Assembly: GCA_902516285.1 (NCBI GenBank)
Contig: CABXXT010000006.1
Span: 9,780 to 73,779, forward strand
DNA length: 64,000 bases
Direction of reading: 5' to 3'
Source of the DNA: an uncultured SAR86 cluster bacterium
Lineage (GTDB): Bacteria; Pseudomonadota; Gammaproteobacteria; Magnimaribacterales; D2472
In this document: positions 20,402 through 33,194 of the stretch, in pieces
Numbering within the stretch: position 1 is the first letter of the stretch
Layout: each line of letters opens with the position of its first letter
Notes under the pieces: generated by a model
What the model was told of the DNA's origin: nothing
Database searches by the model: none
The model's input: the letters and a program-made list of their open reading frames with translations, nothing else
Program-made: the position numbers and the translations under genes

Positions 20402-22312
20402 TTATAACTCTTCTGCAGTCCCTTTTATTGAAGTTTTTTTAGAAGACTTCCCTTTGGGTGAATCGTCATCTGACCATCCTTTAGGCTCTCTAGGTGTTGC
20501 ACCAGCCATAATATCATCTATCTGTTCAACCCCTATAGTCTCATATTTAAGAAGAGCATCTGCCATGACATTAAGTTTATCAAGATTTTCTTTGAGAATT
20601 GTTTCTGCTTTTGAATAGCAGCTATCAATAATTGACTTAACCTCTTTATCAATTAGTTTAGCTGTCTCCTCACTCATATTTTGAGATGGAGCTGCTGCAC
20701 TTCTCCCTAAAAATGGGCTACCTTCATCTTCACCATATTTTAAGGGGCCAATTGACTTAGATAACCCCCACTTAGTAACCATATTTGTCGCAATGTTTGT
20801 TGCTACTTCAATATCATTTGAAGCACCAGTTGTTATACCTTTATCACCGTTAATGATACTTTCAGCAATTCTACCTCCAAATAGAGCTGCAATTCTTCCT
20901 TGGAGATATTCCTTGCTTTGCATGTATGTATCTTCTTCAGGTAAAAACATTGTTACGCCAAGCGCTCTTCCTCTTGGGATTATTGTAACTTTATATACAG
21001 GATCATGTTTTGGAGATAATCTTCCAACAATTGCATGACCTGCCTCATGATAAGCTGTAATTCTTTTTTGCTCCTCGCTTAGAATCATAGATTTTCTTTC
21101 TGCGCCCATCATTATTTTATCTTTAGCTAAATCAAGATGTGATTGATCAATTTTCTTATCAGAATATCTTGCTGCAAATAAAGCTGCCTCATTGATTAAG
21201 TTTGCAAGATCTGCTCCTGAGAAGCCTGGTGTGCCTCTAGCGATAACAAGAGGATCGACATCTGCGTCAAGAGGTACTTTTCTCATATGCACTTTAAGAA
21301 TTGCCTCTCTTCCTCTAATATCAGGAAGATCAACAACAACTTGTCTATCAAATCTACCTGGTCTTAATAATGCTGGATCAAGCACATCTGGTCTATTAGT
21401 TGCTGCAATAACAATAACTCCATCATTTCCTTCAAAACCATCCATTTCAACCAGTAGTTGATTTAATGTTTGCTCTCTTTCATCATGTCCTCCGCCAAGG
21501 CCTGCACCTCTATGTCTACCAACTGCATCTATTTCATCAATGAAGACAATACATGGAGATTGTTTTTTGGCCTGTTCAAACATGTCTCTGACACGTGATG
21601 CTCCAACACCAACAAACATTTCAACAAAATCTGATCCAGAAATTGTAAAAAAAGGAACCTTTGCTTCACCAGCAACTGCACGCGCAATTAAAGTCTTACC
21701 TGTACCTGGAGGACCAACCATAAGAACACCTCTTGGAATCTTTCCACCAAGTTTTTGAAATTTTGTTGGATCTTTTAAGAAATCGACAAGCTCTTGAACA
21801 TCTTGCTTCGCTTCTTCACATCCAGCCACATCTTTAAATGTTGTCTTTACTTTTCCACCTTCCATTAGTTTAGCCTTACTTCTTCCAAAAGACATAGGGC
21901 CACCTTTTCCAGAAATCCCACCTTGCATTTGTCTCATAAAGAAAAAGAAAATAGCTAAGAGTAATATTATTGGGAAAGCCCCAACTAATAATTGTGAAAA
22001 TAATGATGGTTGCTCTATTTTTTCGTAAACAGCAATAATGCCATTTTCTTCAATTGCATTATCAACCATCTCATCTTTTTTAAAAATAGGATGTGTTGTT
22101 TCGAATTTAGAACCATCGAGTCTGTCACCAATGATTGTCATTTGGTCACCTTTATATACAACCTTAGCAACTCTATCAGAGAGTATATCTTGCCTAAATT
22201 GACTGTAACTTATTTGTTCTCTTGCAGTGCTATTTTCAATGTTATTAAACACATAAATCATCAGAGAGCCTAAGACTACCCAAACTAATATATTTCTCAT
22301 AAAACTATTCAT
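20402..22312 (-). CDS. ftsH: ATP-dependent zinc metalloprotease FtsH
   Basis: Two N-terminal TM segments, [29 protein letters not shown]. Confidence 0.98.
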   Translation of the reverse strand: MNSFMRNILVWVVLGSLMIYVFNNIENSTAREQISYSQFRQDILSDRVAKVVYKGDQMTIIGDRLDGSKFETTHPIFKKDEMVDNAIEENGIIAVYEKIEQPSLFSQLLVGAFPIILLLAIFFFFMRQMQGGISGKGGPMSFGRSKAKLMEGGKVKTTFKDVAGCEEAKQDVQELVDFLKDPTKFQKLGGKIPRGVLMVGPPGTGKTLIARAVAGEAKVPFFTISGSDFVEMFVGVGASRVRDMFEQAKKQSPCIVFIDEIDAVGRHRGAGLGGGHDEREQTLNQLLVEMDGFEGNDGVIVIAATNRPDVLDPALLRPGRFDRQVVVDLPDIRGREAILKVHMRKVPLDADVDPLVIARGTPGFSGADLANLINEAALFAARYSDKKIDQSHLDLAKDKIMMGAERKSMILSEEQKRITAYHEAGHAIVGRLSPKHDPVYKVTIIPRGRALGVTMFLPEEDTYMQSKEYLQGRIAALFGGRIAESIINGDKGITTGASNDIEVATNIATNMVTKWGLSKSIGPLKYGEDEGSPFLGRSAAAPSQNMSEETAKLIDKEVKSIIDSCYSKAETILKENLDKLNVMADALLKYETIGVEQIDDIMAGATPREPKGWSDDDSPKGKSSKKTSIKGTAEEL

Positions 22313-22314
22313 AA

Positions 22315-22881
22315 CTATTTAACTCCGTACAAGTATATTTCACCTGATTGCTTTTTTGACGCAGCAGGTTTATAAGTTTGAACCATATCAAAATATATTG
22401 CCATATTTTCTCTTAAAATTTTTAACATATTGTTTTGAAATGTTTTCATAATAAAACAGCCATTTGTTTTTTGTAAGTATCTTTTGGCTATGGATATAGT
22501 TAAAATATTTAATTCATAAACATTTTCTATATCAACTGCGTTTATACCTGTAAGGTTTGGGGCAATGTCAGAAATTACAAGCTCAAAACTACCTTTATTT
22601 TTATACAGAGTTTCAATTTCATCAATATTATGAATATCTTCTTTTACAAAAAATACTCCATCTATCGACTTCATATCCAATACATCAATTGCATAGACTT
22701 CTTTTTTCGGATAATTCCTAATAATATACTGAGACCATCCACCTGGTGAAGAGCCAATATCTAAGACTTTGCCATCTGTATTTTCAAATTTTATCTTCCT
22801 TAAAATTTCTTCTAGCTTAAAAACAGCTCTTGAGCGATAACCATGATCCTTTGCCTTTTTTGCCCAGCTATCCAGATGCAT
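22315..22881 (-). CDS. rlmE: 23S rRNA Um2552 methyltransferase RlmE
   Basis: [29 protein letters not shown]; upstream of ftsH. Confidence 0.93.
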   Translation of the reverse strand: MHLDSWAKKAKDHGYRSRAVFKLEEILRKIKFENTDGKVLDIGSSPGGWSQYIIRNYPKKEVYAIDVLDMKSIDGVFFVKEDIHNIDEIETLYKNKGSFELVISDIAPNLTGINAVDIENVYELNILTISIAKRYLQKTNGCFIMKTFQNNMLKILRENMAIYFDMVQTYKPAASKKQSGEIYLYGVK

Positions 22882-22882
22882 T

Positions 22883-23359
22883 TTATTTATGCTTAACTTC
22901 TAGAATTTCGTAATCTATTTGTCCAGATGGAGTTTTGATATTTATCTCATCATCTACATGTTTACCAACAAGCCCTTTTGCAATAGGTGTTTCGATTGAA
23001 ATTACGCCGTTTTCAGGATCAGATTCTAGATTACCAACAATCTTATAAATAATTTCTTTATCATTTTTAATATCATAAACTTTAACGGTTGATCCAAAAA
23101 CTACTCTGCCTGTTTCAGGAATATCTCTTACATCGATTACTTGCGCATTTGCAAGAGCATTCTCGATTTCACTTATTTTTGCCTCAGAAAGACCTTGAAG
23201 TTCTTTTGCAGCATGATATTCAGCATTTTCTTTAAGGTCTCCATGGGCTCTTGCCTCAGCAATTGCCTGTGAGATTTGAGGTCTCTCTACAAACTTAAGG
23301 TTTGAAAGTTTTTCTTTAAGTAATATTTCACCCTCTTTTGTAAGTGGTACTCTGCTCAT
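22883..23359 (-). CDS. greA: Transcription elongation factor GreA
   Basis: [36 protein letters not shown]. Confidence 0.97.
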   Translation of the reverse strand: MSRVPLTKEGEILLKEKLSNLKFVERPQISQAIAEARAHGDLKENAEYHAAKELQGLSEAKISEIENALANAQVIDVRDIPETGRVVFGSTVKVYDIKNDKEIIYKIVGNLESDPENGVISIETPIAKGLVGKHVDDEINIKTPSGQIDYEILEVKHK

Positions 23360-23365
23360 AAAGGC

Positions 23366-23374
23366 ATTATAACA
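23366..23374 (-). promoter_or_regulatory. Extended -10 element 6 nt upstream of the greA ATG (leaderless type)
   Basis: Minus strand TGTTATAAT-gccttt-ATG, no SD. Confidence 0.6.
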
Positions 23375-23385
23375 ATTTAGAAATA

Positions 23386-26300
23386 TTAATTATTTATTTC
23401 TTGGAGTGACGAATAAGTCCAATCATCCTCACTTCCCTGAAGAGCTTCCATTGCAGCAAATGCTCCAAACATTGTTGTTGTGCAAAAAATTTTATTTCGA
23501 AGAGCGCTCTGTCTTATTGATGCTGAATCTTTAATTGATTGTGAACCTTCAGTAGTATTTATGACAATATCAATTTCATTATTGAGTAAACTATCAACAA
23601 CATGAGGTCTTCCTTCCATAACTTTGTTTATTCTTTTAACATCATAACCAAGCTTGTCGATATATTTTGCTGTAGATGTCGTGGCAACGATACTAAAACC
23701 ATAATTACTTATTATTGGTATTAATTGATCAAGGTATTTTTTATCTGTATCTTTAACGCTAATAAAAATTACTCCAGACCTTCTAAGACTTTTGTTTGCA
23801 GCTTTTTGAGCTTTAGAATATGCCTCTCCAAAGTTTGGACCAATACCCATAACTTCTCCAGTTGATTTCATTTCTGGTCCAAGAATTGGATCAACATGTG
23901 GAAATTTATCAAATGGCATCACAGCCTCTTTTACAAATGATAAATTCTCAGGAAGTTTAGAAGAAAAATTTTGATCCTTTAAACTTTTACCAATCATGCA
24001 CTTTGATGCTACTTTAGCTAGGGAGTTACCTATCGCTTTTGATATAAATGGAACAGTTCTAGATGCTCTAGGATTAACTTCAATTATGTAAACTTCTTCA
24101 TTTTTAATGGCAAATTGAATATTCATAAGTCCAATAATGCAAAGTTCCTTAGCTATATTCTTTGCTTGAGAAGACATTTTTTCCTGTATTTTCTCTGACA
24201 AGCTATATGGCGGCAATGAGCATGCTGAGTCTCCTGAGTGTATACCGGCTTGTTCAATATGTTGAAGTATTCCTCCTATTTCAATATTTTTTCCGTCTGA
24301 AACTACGTCTACGTCTACTTCGATTGCATCTGTTAAGTAGCTATCAAGTAATATAGGTTTGCTGTTAGAAACTTCTACAGCCTCATTTAGGTATTTTTCA
24401 AGCTCTTGTATGTTGTTTACCAATTGCATAGCCCTTCCACCAAGTACATATGAAGGCCTCACTACAATTGGAAATCCAATATCTATTGCATTTTTTAGCG
24501 CCTCATCCATATTTCTTGCTGTTGCATTTGATGGTTGTTTTAAATTTAGTTTGTTTACAAGCTCCTGAAATCTTTCACGATCTTCAGATCTGTCTATTGC
24601 ATCAACATTAGTTCCCAAAATATTTACATTTTTTTGAGACAACACATCTGCTAACTTTAGTGGAGTTTGTCCTCCAAATTGAATTATGACCCCATTGGGT
24701 TTTTCAATATCTATAATATCAAGAATTTTTTCTGTAGTTATTGGTTCGAAATAAAGTCTATTTGAAACATCATAATCTGTTGAAACAGTTTCTGGATTAC
24801 AATTTACCATTATTGATTCATATCCTTCTTCCTGCATTGCTAAAGATGCATGGACACAACAGTAATCAAACTCAATTCCTTGACCAATTCTGTTGGGGCC
24901 ACTCCCCAATACAAGAATTTTGTCTTTAGAAGATGGGTTGCTTTCACATTGTTCTCCATAAGATGAATACATATAACATGTTGATGTAGAAAATTCTGCT
25001 GCACACGTATCAACTCTTCTAAAAATAGGAGTGACTCCTAATTTTTTTCTTATATTTCTTACTATGTCTTCATCATGGTTTGTAAGATAGGCGATTCGAC
25101 AATCAGAGAACCCTTTCTCTTTTAATGATAAAAGACTTTCTCTATCTAAAGTATCTAAATTGGAATCAAGTAATTTTTTCTCCATTTCTAAAAGCTCAGC
25201 GATTTGATCTAAAAACCAGTAATCAATCATTGTTAGTTTATGTATTTTTTCAAGCGACCATTTTTTTCTGATTGCATCAGCAACATAAAAAAGTCTTTTT
25301 GGTCCTGGTATAGTTAATTCATTTAAAATTTCCTCATCTGGAATTGATTCAACTTTGTCATTAGTGCTGTTTAAGCCATTCAATCCCTCTTCCATGCTGC
25401 ATAATGCTTTTTGAAGTGATTCTTGAAAATTTGACCCTATCGACATTACCTCACCAACTGATTTCATTTGTGTTGTTAATTTAGGACTGGCTTGTGGGAA
25501 CTTTTCAAAAGCAAACTTTGGAATTTTTGTAACTATATAATCAATCGAAGGTTCAAATGATGCGGGAGTAAGTCCTCCAGTAATGTCATTTTTAAGTTCA
25601 TCAAGGGTGAATCCAACCGATAGAAGTGCTGCTACTTTTGCAATTGGGAATCCTGTTGCTTTCGATGCTAATGCAGACGACCTGCTTACTCTAGGATTCA
25701 TTTCAATTACAACCATTTTTCCATTTTTGGGATTCACAGCAAATTGAACATTTGAACCTCCAGTATCAACACCAATTTCTCTTAAAATTTTAAAAGATGC
25801 ATTTCGCATAATTTGAAATTCTTTGTCAGTGAGTGTTTGTGCAGGCGCAATTGTTATCGAATCCCCAGTATGAATACCCATAGGATCAAAATTTTCAATA
25901 GAACAGACGATTATGCAATTATCCTCGCAATCTCTCACGACCTCCATTTCAAATTCCTTCCACCCAATTAATGATTCATCAATCAGCAATTCATTAGTAG
26001 GAGATAACTCAAGACCTTTTTCACATATATTCTTAAATTCAGAAATGTTGTATGCAATTCCACCACCTGTTCCTCCCATTGTAAAAGATGGTCTTATAAT
26101 GCAAGGAAACCCAATTTCTTTCTGTACTTTAAGTGCATCCTCCATTGAGTGAGCTATTCCTGAGGCAGGCGTCGCTAGATTAATTCCTTGCATGGTCTCA
26201 TCAAAAAGCTGTCTATCCTCTGCTTTATCAATTGCTTCTCTATTTGCGCCAATTAAGATTGTATTGTGCTTTTTTAAAACTCCTTTCTTATCTAATGTAA

Positions 26301-26598
26301 GTGCTGTATTTAAAGCTGTTTGTCCTCCCATTGTAGGAAGAATTGCATCAGGTTTTTCCTTTTCAATGATTTTTTCAACTGATTTCCAATGAATAGGTTC
26401 AATGTAAGTTGCATCAGCCAATAAAGGATCAGTCATAATCGTAGCGGGATTAGAATTTACTAGAATAACTCTAAATCCTTCCTCTTTTAAAGCTTTGCAG
26501 GCTTGAGCACCAGAATAATCAAACTCACATGCTTGACCAATAATGATCGGCCCTGCTCCAATAATTAAAATTGAAGAAATATCTTTACGACGAGGCAT
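23386..26598 (-). CDS. carB: Carbamoyl-phosphate synthase large chain
   Basis: [17 protein letters not shown], duplicated ATP-grasp halves, [16 protein letters not shown]-like C-terminus. Confidence 0.98.
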   Translation of the reverse strand: MPRRKDISSILIIGAGPIIIGQACEFDYSGAQACKALKEEGFRVILVNSNPATIMTDPLLADATYIEPIHWKSVEKIIEKEKPDAILPTMGGQTALNTALTLDKKGVLKKHNTILIGANREAIDKAEDRQLFDETMQGINLATPASGIAHSMEDALKVQKEIGFPCIIRPSFTMGGTGGGIAYNISEFKNICEKGLELSPTNELLIDESLIGWKEFEMEVVRDCEDNCIIVCSIENFDPMGIHTGDSITIAPAQTLTDKEFQIMRNASFKILREIGVDTGGSNVQFAVNPKNGKMVVIEMNPRVSRSSALASKATGFPIAKVAALLSVGFTLDELKNDITGGLTPASFEPSIDYIVTKIPKFAFEKFPQASPKLTTQMKSVGEVMSIGSNFQESLQKALCSMEEGLNGLNSTNDKVESIPDEEILNELTIPGPKRLFYVADAIRKKWSLEKIHKLTMIDYWFLDQIAELLEMEKKLLDSNLDTLDRESLLSLKEKGFSDCRIAYLTNHDEDIVRNIRKKLGVTPIFRRVDTCAAEFSTSTCYMYSSYGEQCESNPSSKDKILVLGSGPNRIGQGIEFDYCCVHASLAMQEEGYESIMVNCNPETVSTDYDVSNRLYFEPITTEKILDIIDIEKPNGVIIQFGGQTPLKLADVLSQKNVNILGTNVDAIDRSEDRERFQELVNKLNLKQPSNATARNMDEALKNAIDIGFPIVVRPSYVLGGRAMQLVNNIQELEKYLNEAVEVSNSKPILLDSYLTDAIEVDVDVVSDGKNIEIGGILQHIEQAGIHSGDSACSLPPYSLSEKIQEKMSSQAKNIAKELCIIGLMNIQFAIKNEEVYIIEVNPRASRTVPFISKAIGNSLAKVASKCMIGKSLKDQNFSSKLPENLSFVKEAVMPFDKFPHVDPILGPEMKSTGEVMGIGPNFGEAYSKAQKAANKSLRRSGVIFISVKDTDKKYLDQLIPIISNYGFSIVATTSTAKYIDKLGYDVKRINKVMEGRPHVVDSLLNNEIDIVINTTEGSQSIKDSASIRQSALRNKIFCTTTMFGAFAAMEALQGSEDDWTYSSLQEINN

Positions 26599-27706
26599 GT
26601 TCTGCTACCATTTTTTTAAACTTTTTAAACAATATTTTTATCTCTTGAGGTCCGGGACTAGCTTCTGGATGACCTTGAAAACTAAAAGCAGGTGCATCAT
26701 TAAATTCTATACCTTGGAGAGAGTTGTCAAATAATGATAAATGTGTAACTTTGATATTTTTTGGTAGAGAATCTATATCTACTGCAAAACCATGATTTTG
26801 ACTAGTTATAAATACTTCATTAGTGGAAATATCTTGTACTGGATGATTTGCTCCGTGATGGCCAAATTTCATCTTATATGTTTTTGCACCTCCAGCTAGA
26901 GCTAAAAGTTGATGACCTAAGCAAATTCCAAAAACTGGAATCTTTTTTTTAAGAAATTTTGTAATATTTTTTATTGCATAATCGCATGGTTCAGGATCAC
27001 CTGGCCCATTAGATAAAAAAATACCTTTTGGGGATAGTTTTATTATTTCTTCGAATGGCGTTTCAGCATTTACAACTTTTACATCTCCAACTTGCTCTGA
27101 TAGAAGTCTTAATATATTTTTTTTGATACCAAAATCATATGCGATTACAGAATTTGATTTCTCATTTCTTTTAAATTCTGGCCATGTTCCCTCATTCCAG
27201 TGATATTCATTTTGAGTTGTTACAACTTTTGCTAAGTCCATACCTTTAAGTCCCATAAACTCTTTTGCATGTTGAATTGCTTCATCTCTTGTAATCTTTG
27301 ATAATGCAGCAATACAACAATTAAGTGATCCTTTCTCTCTAAGCAATTGAGTAATACTTCTGGTATCAAGCTTTGAAATTCCAATTACATCATTTTTAAT
27401 TAAAAAGTCATTCAATGTCATTGAAGATCTCCAATTGCTTGGTTTTTCACAATAATTTCTTACAACTATTCCTGAGGCATGAATTTTCTTAGATTCATTA
27501 TCATCATTGTTTATACCTGTATTTCCAATATGCGGATGAGTAAAAGTAATAATTTGTTTTTTGTAGGATGGATCGGTAATTATTTCTTGATAACCTGACA
27601 TTGAAGTATTAAATACGATTTCTCCAATATCGTATTTTTCTTTACCAAAGCCCTCACCCTGGAATACACTACCATCTTCAAAAGCTAAAATTGCTGGAAA
27701 AGACAC
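26585..27706 (-). CDS. carA: Carbamoyl-phosphate synthase small chain
   Basis: [36 protein letters not shown]; GTG start with SD GGAG. Confidence 0.97.
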   Translation of the reverse strand: MSFPAILAFEDGSVFQGEGFGKEKYDIGEIVFNTSMSGYQEIITDPSYKKQIITFTHPHIGNTGINNDDNESKKIHASGIVVRNYCEKPSNWRSSMTLNDFLIKNDVIGISKLDTRSITQLLREKGSLNCCIAALSKITRDEAIQHAKEFMGLKGMDLAKVVTTQNEYHWNEGTWPEFKRNEKSNSVIAYDFGIKKNILRLLSEQVGDVKVVNAETPFEEIIKLSPKGIFLSNGPGDPEPCDYAIKNITKFLKKKIPVFGICLGHQLLALAGGAKTYKMKFGHHGANHPVQDISTNEVFITSQNHGFAVDIDSLPKNIKVTHLSLFDNSLQGIEFNDAPAFSFQGHPEASPGPQEIKILFKKFKKMVAEHASS

Positions 27707-27859
27707 TAATTTATCTCCAACAACATAGAAGTTTTTAAGAAAATTTTGGGTAAACTTATGAAAGAATTTTTGTTATTTAATGAGCTAAAATTACATGCTG
27801 ACATTAAAATTGTACTTTATAGACTAAGTTGTCTTATGTCTATATAAAAACTAAAAAAA

Positions 27860-28642
27860 ATGAAAATATCTATTAAATCTGAAAATGAAATAAGTAAAAT
27901 GAGGGTTGCTGGTAGATTAGCAGCTGACGTCCTTGAGATGATAACACCATATGTAACTCCTGGGATTTCAACTGGCGAATTAGACAAAATCTGTTATGAA
28001 TATATAGTTAATGTTCAAAATGCAATACCTGCAAATGTAGGATATAAAGGTTATGAGAAGACGATCTGTTCAAGTTTAAATCAGGTTATTTGTCATGGAA
28101 TTCCAGATAATAATAAGATCTTAAAAAATGGTGACATTTTAAATATTGACGTAACAGTTATTAAAGATGGTTGGCATGGCGATACATCAAAGATGTTTCT
28201 AGTTGGAGAATGTGCTCCTCATAATAAAAGACTTGTCAAAGTCACTCAGGAGTGTCTTTACAAAGGAATAGATGCAGTTAAACCTGGTGCATTTTTTGGT
28301 GATATAGGACATGCAATCCAAAAACATGCCGAGGAAAACTACTACAGTGTTGTTGAAGATTATTGTGGTCATGGTATTGGAACTGTATATCATGAGGAAC
28401 CTCAGATACTTCATTTTGGAAAAAAAGGCACAGGTATTAAAATTCAAGAAGGAATGTGTTTCACAATTGAACCAATGATTAATCAAGGTGTTAAGTATTC
28501 TAAAACGTTAAGAGATGGATGGACTGTCGAAACAAAAGATGGAAGAAACTCAGCACAGTGGGAACATACAATAGCTGTATGCAAAAATGGAGCAGAGGTT
28601 CTTACGAAAAGGAATGATGAGTTTGATTTGAATGAAAACTAA
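27860..28642 (+). CDS. map: Methionine aminopeptidase type I
   Basis: ICHGIP, NIDVT, GDTS, CGHGIG, TIEPMIN, AQWEHT. Confidence 0.97.
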   Translation: MKISIKSENEISKMRVAGRLAADVLEMITPYVTPGISTGELDKICYEYIVNVQNAIPANVGYKGYEKTICSSLNQVICHGIPDNNKILKNGDILNIDVTVIKDGWHGDTSKMFLVGECAPHNKRLVKVTQECLYKGIDAVKPGAFFGDIGHAIQKHAEENYYSVVEDYCGHGIGTVYHEEPQILHFGKKGTGIKIQEGMCFTIEPMINQGVKYSKTLRDGWTVETKDGRNSAQWEHTIAVCKNGAEVLTKRNDEFDLNEN

Positions 28643-31136
28643 TTCAGAAAATTTGAATGAAAAGTTTTTATCTGATTTCAAAAAAATATATTTAAATCCC
28701 TCAAAAATAGACTATTTTTTAAAGAACAATTCAGATTATATTGAGGAGGATATCAAGAGAAAATTTAAAAAACTAAATCTTGATCATAATTTTGCAATTT
28801 ACAGCATTGGTGGTTTTGGTAGAGGTGAAATATTTCCCTCCTCAGATGTTGATATTTCAATTATTGAAACAAATCGTCCCAAAAATTATAGTAATTTAGA
28901 AATATTTATATCTTCTTTGTGGGATGAGGGATATAAGGTTGGTCACTCGGTAAGATCAATAAAAGATATTAAGAAAATAACTAAAAGTGACTTAAGCGAA
29001 TTCACTTCTTATTTAACCAGAAAGCCAATTTTGTCAGACAGAAATCTTGATAATTTAGTCTCCAAAACGTTATCAAGTCTTTGGACATCAGCTAAATTTT
29101 ACAAAGCGAAGTTTTTAGAACAAAACAACCGTCATAGAGAGTTCTTTTTATCATCATCAAATTTAGAGCCTGATTTGAAAGAATCACCAGGATCATTAAG
29201 AGATTTTCACTCTGCATTATGGATTCTTCAGCACTGCTACGGTCTAAAAACTGTTAATGACATCTTAAATTTTAGTTTTTTTAAGGATGAATTTTTAATT
29301 GCAAGAAATGCATACAACTTTATTAAAGTTTTGAGATTTATTACAAATCTTTTTACAAAAAATAATAAGTTAGATTTTGAAACTCAAATTGAAATTGCAA
29401 AAAGAACTGCTTCTGGAAAATTAAATCTATCTAACAAGGCTTTAGTTGAAAGAATGATGGCTAAATATTACGAGCATGCGCATTACATATCTCATTTTAA
29501 TACTTTGGTTTATCAGTTTTTTGAAGAGAAAAAATATTCTTTCAAGAACAAAAAGGGTTTATACAGAAATGGTAGCAAAGTTGGATTTGCAAATGTGAGT
29601 CTAGAAGAAAATAAAGAATTGATTTTTAAAGTTTTTCTTGAGATAGGGAACAACAAAAAAATCAATGCTGTAGATGTGCAAACTTCGATAGTGCTAAAGA
29701 AAAATAATTCTTTAATTGACAATGATTTTAGAAAGAATGCTCATTTTGCAGAACAATTCTTAAACATTTTAAAATCCAAATACAACTTATCCTCAATTTT
29801 AAAAGCAATGAGAGATTTAGGATTATTACAAAGATATATTCCAGAATTTTCACGTGTCGTTGGTCAAATGCAATTTGATCTATTCCATATTTATACTGTT
29901 GATGAGCATACTTTTAAGGTTGTAAGGAATATGAGGCAAATGAAGATATTTAATCAGAAAGGCTTTGAACTTGAACATGAATTAATTAATAAGTTGCCAA
30001 AAATAGAACTACTTTTTATCGCAGGTTTATTTCATGATCTTGGTAAGGGTAAGGGTGGTGATCATTCAAAAATTGGAAGTAAGGCATGTTATAAATTTTC
30101 TAGAAGACTTGGATTATCAAAAGTTGACTCAAATTTGACATCTTGGCTTGTTGAAAAGCACCTTGAAATGTCATCAGTTTCTCAAAAAAAAGATATCTCT
30201 GAACAAGAGACCATAAAAGATTTTGCTGAAACAGTAATGCATTCAGAAAGACTAGATTATCTCTATCTTTTAACAATTAACGATATTAGAGCTACAAATC
30301 CATCCTTATGGAATGGTTGGAAGCATCAACTTTTAAGGGAACTTTATTCTAAAACAAGATTAAAAATTAATAAGGAGCCAATTCAAACATCAAATGAAAT
30401 CACAATAGAAAAGAAAAAGTACATTATTGAACAGTTGGATGAAAGCAAAATAAAAATGATAAAACATTACTTATCTTTATTTGACAACAGTTATTTTAAT
30501 AAAAACTCTATAGACTCTCTTCAATGGCAAGTTAAATTATATACCTCATATCCAGACCAAGATTTAATAATTGAATGCAGAAAAATATTTCAAAATTTAG
30601 TTGAGATATTTATAAAAGCGCAAAATACTGATGGCCTTTTTTATAATTTAACAAGAGCTCTTGAGGAATCTGGTCTTGATGTAATTGATGCAAATATATT
30701 TACTTCAAATGATGAATCTTTTGCAGCAAATACTTTCATTACAAAAAATATTTATCACAGCAGAGAATTTACAAAGTTTGAATTGACTGATCTTGCTGAG
30801 AGGATTAGAAAGAATTTAGAAAAAAAACATAATAAATTAAAAACTCCTAGAAAAATTGAAAAAAAATCAAAATTTGAAAAAGTTGTAAAAATATCTGATT
30901 CAATAATTCAAGACAAGAACAAAAATATAATTACCATTGAAACCGCTAATAAATCAGGCTTACTATCAAAAATTGCAAGTATTTTTTTTGAAAATAAAAT
31001 ATCTATTTTTTCAGCAAGAATTAATACTTTAGGTGAAAGAGTTGAAGATACTTTTGAAATCTCTAATCTCGATAAATCTGTAATTAAGAAAAATAAGATC
31101 AAAAAAATAATAGATGCTTTGCATGAAGTTGTTTAA
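28632..31136 (+). CDS. glnD: Bifunctional uridylyltransferase/uridylyl-removing enzyme GlnD
   Basis: GGFGRGEIFPSSDVDI, LEPDLKESPGSLRD, QFDLFHIYTVDEH, HDLGKG, ACT domain TLGERVEDTF. Confidence 0.95.
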   Translation: MKTNSENLNEKFLSDFKKIYLNPSKIDYFLKNNSDYIEEDIKRKFKKLNLDHNFAIYSIGGFGRGEIFPSSDVDISIIETNRPKNYSNLEIFISSLWDEGYKVGHSVRSIKDIKKITKSDLSEFTSYLTRKPILSDRNLDNLVSKTLSSLWTSAKFYKAKFLEQNNRHREFFLSSSNLEPDLKESPGSLRDFHSALWILQHCYGLKTVNDILNFSFFKDEFLIARNAYNFIKVLRFITNLFTKNNKLDFETQIEIAKRTASGKLNLSNKALVERMMAKYYEHAHYISHFNTLVYQFFEEKKYSFKNKKGLYRNGSKVGFANVSLEENKELIFKVFLEIGNNKKINAVDVQTSIVLKKNNSLIDNDFRKNAHFAEQFLNILKSKYNLSSILKAMRDLGLLQRYIPEFSRVVGQMQFDLFHIYTVDEHTFKVVRNMRQMKIFNQKGFELEHELINKLPKIELLFIAGLFHDLGKGKGGDHSKIGSKACYKFSRRLGLSKVDSNLTSWLVEKHLEMSSVSQKKDISEQETIKDFAETVMHSERLDYLYLLTINDIRATNPSLWNGWKHQLLRELYSKTRLKINKEPIQTSNEITIEKKKYIIEQLDESKIKMIKHYLSLFDNSYFNKNSIDSLQWQVKLYTSYPDQDLIIECRKIFQNLVEIFIKAQNTDGLFYNLTRALEESGLDVIDANIFTSNDESFAANTFITKNIYHSREFTKFELTDLAERIRKNLEKKHNKLKTPRKIEKKSKFEKVVKISDSIIQDKNKNIITIETANKSGLLSKIASIFFENKISIFSARINTLGERVEDTFEISNLDKSVIKKNKIKKIIDALHEVV

Positions 31137-31165
31137 AAAAATACTAATTTAAATATAATGACGTC

Positions 31166-32074
31166 ATGAAAATTGAGGCAAAAGGGATTGCTAGCCTATC
31201 TCCTTCTGGAAATATCCTAGATGTATATTTCTTATACATAAACTTTGACAATAAAAAAGTTGGTGAAGAATCTGTCAAGGTTGACGATCAAAAAAAGAAA
31301 CTTATTGAAGTAAGCTGGGATGAATCTAATTTAAATGAGCCTGTTAAGGATATTGAAGGAGCTTATTTAAAATTACACCTAATCTCATATAAATTCGTTT
31401 TACCAAATTCTATCAATCTTGATGGAATATTTAATGTCCTACCAAATGTTGCTTGGACAAATATAGGTCCTATTGCAATTGAAGACATTGATAAAAGAAT
31501 GAATGAGTCAAAAAATTCAAACAATGATCTATATGTGCGTTCATTAGATAAATTTCCTTGCTTAACAGACTACATCATTCCCAAAAATGTTCGTATTGCA
31601 GATACATCAAGGGTTAGACTTGGAGCTTATTTAAGTGAAGGAACCACAATAATGCATGAAGGTTTTGTTAATTTCAATGCTGGAACTTTAGGAAAAGCAA
31701 TGATAGAGGGAAGAATTTCAGCGGGTGTTGTTATAGGAGATAATTCTGATTTAGGAGGTGGAGCCAGTACTATGGGAACTCTTTCTGGAGGGAACGAAGT
31801 TAAAATTTCAGTGGGAAAAAATTGTTTACTGGGTGCTAATTCGGGGTTAGGAATCCCAATTGGAGATAACTGTACTCTTGAGGCAGGCCTTTATCTTACA
31901 GCTGGAACAAAAGTTCTTATGTTAAATAAAACTTCATCGAAGGTTGTTAAAGCCTCTGAGCTTTCTGGGAGTTCAGATCTGCTTTTTTATAGAGATTCAA
32001 CAAACGGACAAGTTATTGCTAAAATGAATACCAAAGTTTCTAAACTAAATGAGGATCTTCATATAAATGATTGA
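31166..32074 (+). CDS. dapD: Tetrahydrodipicolinate N-succinyltransferase (Pseudomonas/actinobacterial type)
   Basis: YLKLHLIS, DKFP, VRIADTSRVRLGAYL, MHEGFVNFNAGT, EGRISAGV. Confidence 0.95.
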   Translation: MKIEAKGIASLSPSGNILDVYFLYINFDNKKVGEESVKVDDQKKKLIEVSWDESNLNEPVKDIEGAYLKLHLISYKFVLPNSINLDGIFNVLPNVAWTNIGPIAIEDIDKRMNESKNSNNDLYVRSLDKFPCLTDYIIPKNVRIADTSRVRLGAYLSEGTTIMHEGFVNFNAGTLGKAMIEGRISAGVVIGDNSDLGGGASTMGTLSGGNEVKISVGKNCLLGANSGLGIPIGDNCTLEAGLYLTAGTKVLMLNKTSSKVVKASELSGSSDLLFYRDSTNGQVIAKMNTKVSKLNEDLHIND

Positions 32075-33194
32075 GTTGTTACAAAATCTTGTGAAAATTG
32101 AATCCATATCACCAAAGGATATGGGGTGCTTTGATATTATTGAGAATGAGTTAACGGATCTCAATTTTAATTGTGAAAGAATTAATTATTTAAATGTTGA
32201 AAACCTATATGCCACTATTGGAACTAAAGGAAAATTGTTTTGTTTTTTAGGTCATACTGACGTTGTTCCAACTGGTCCGGAAGAGAATTGGAAATATCCA
32301 CCCTTCTCAGCTCAAATTGACGGTGACATAATGTATGGACGAGGAACTGCAGATATGAAGGCATCTATTGCAGCTTTTGTAGAATCAGTAAAAGAATTTT
32401 TAGCTCAAACTCAAGAATTAAATTTTAGATTAGCCATCTTGCTAACATCTAACGAAGAGGGAAGTTCACATGACGGTTTTATAGACAAGATTGTTGAAAA
32501 AATGATGGATAATGACGAGCTTATTGACTATTGTTTAGTGGGTGAACCAACTTCTAATAAAAAAGTTGCTGATAGCGCAAGAATAGGCAGAAGAGGTTCT
32601 TTAGGTGGTCATTTACAAATATTTGGCAAACAAGGACATGTTGCATACCCTGAAAATGTTGAGAATCCGATCTTTTTATCTAGTGATTTAATTACAGATC
32701 TTAAAAATAAAAAATGGGACAATGGAAATGCGATATTTGATCCAACAAGTTTTCAAATATCAAATATTCACTCTGGTACTGGAGCGCACAACGTTGTTCC
32801 AGGAGAATTAGATCTCTATTTTAATTTTAGGTATTCAACTGAATCTACAGAAGAAAGCCTCAAATCTGAATTTGAAAATATTATTAAAAATCTTAATTTA
32901 AAATATGACCTTAAATGGAATTTAAATGGAAATCCTTATCTTACTGAAAATAAATTTCTTAAAGAAATAATTGTAAGTGCATGTGAAGAAGTAAATGGTT
33001 ACAAGCCCGATTTAAATGCTAAAGGCGGCACGTCTGATGGTAGGTTTATTGCAAAGATGAAGACTGAAATTATTGAGTTAGGACCAATAAACGAATCAAT
33101 TCATCAAATTGATGAAAATATTAAGATTAGCGAACTTTGGATACTTAAGGATATTTATACAAAAGTTTTATTTAAGCTTAATCAACATCTTTAA
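32067..33194 (+). CDS. dapE: Succinyl-diaminopimelate desuccinylase
   Basis: GHTDVVP, GRGTADMK, VGEPT, GRRGSL, QGHVAYP, GGTSDGRF, IHQIDE. Confidence 0.96.
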   Translation: MIELLQNLVKIESISPKDMGCFDIIENELTDLNFNCERINYLNVENLYATIGTKGKLFCFLGHTDVVPTGPEENWKYPPFSAQIDGDIMYGRGTADMKASIAAFVESVKEFLAQTQELNFRLAILLTSNEEGSSHDGFIDKIVEKMMDNDELIDYCLVGEPTSNKKVADSARIGRRGSLGGHLQIFGKQGHVAYPENVENPIFLSSDLITDLKNKKWDNGNAIFDPTSFQISNIHSGTGAHNVVPGELDLYFNFRYSTESTEESLKSEFENIIKNLNLKYDLKWNLNGNPYLTENKFLKEIIVSACEEVNGYKPDLNAKGGTSDGRFIAKMKTEIIELGPINESIHQIDENIKISELWILKDIYTKVLFKLNQHL

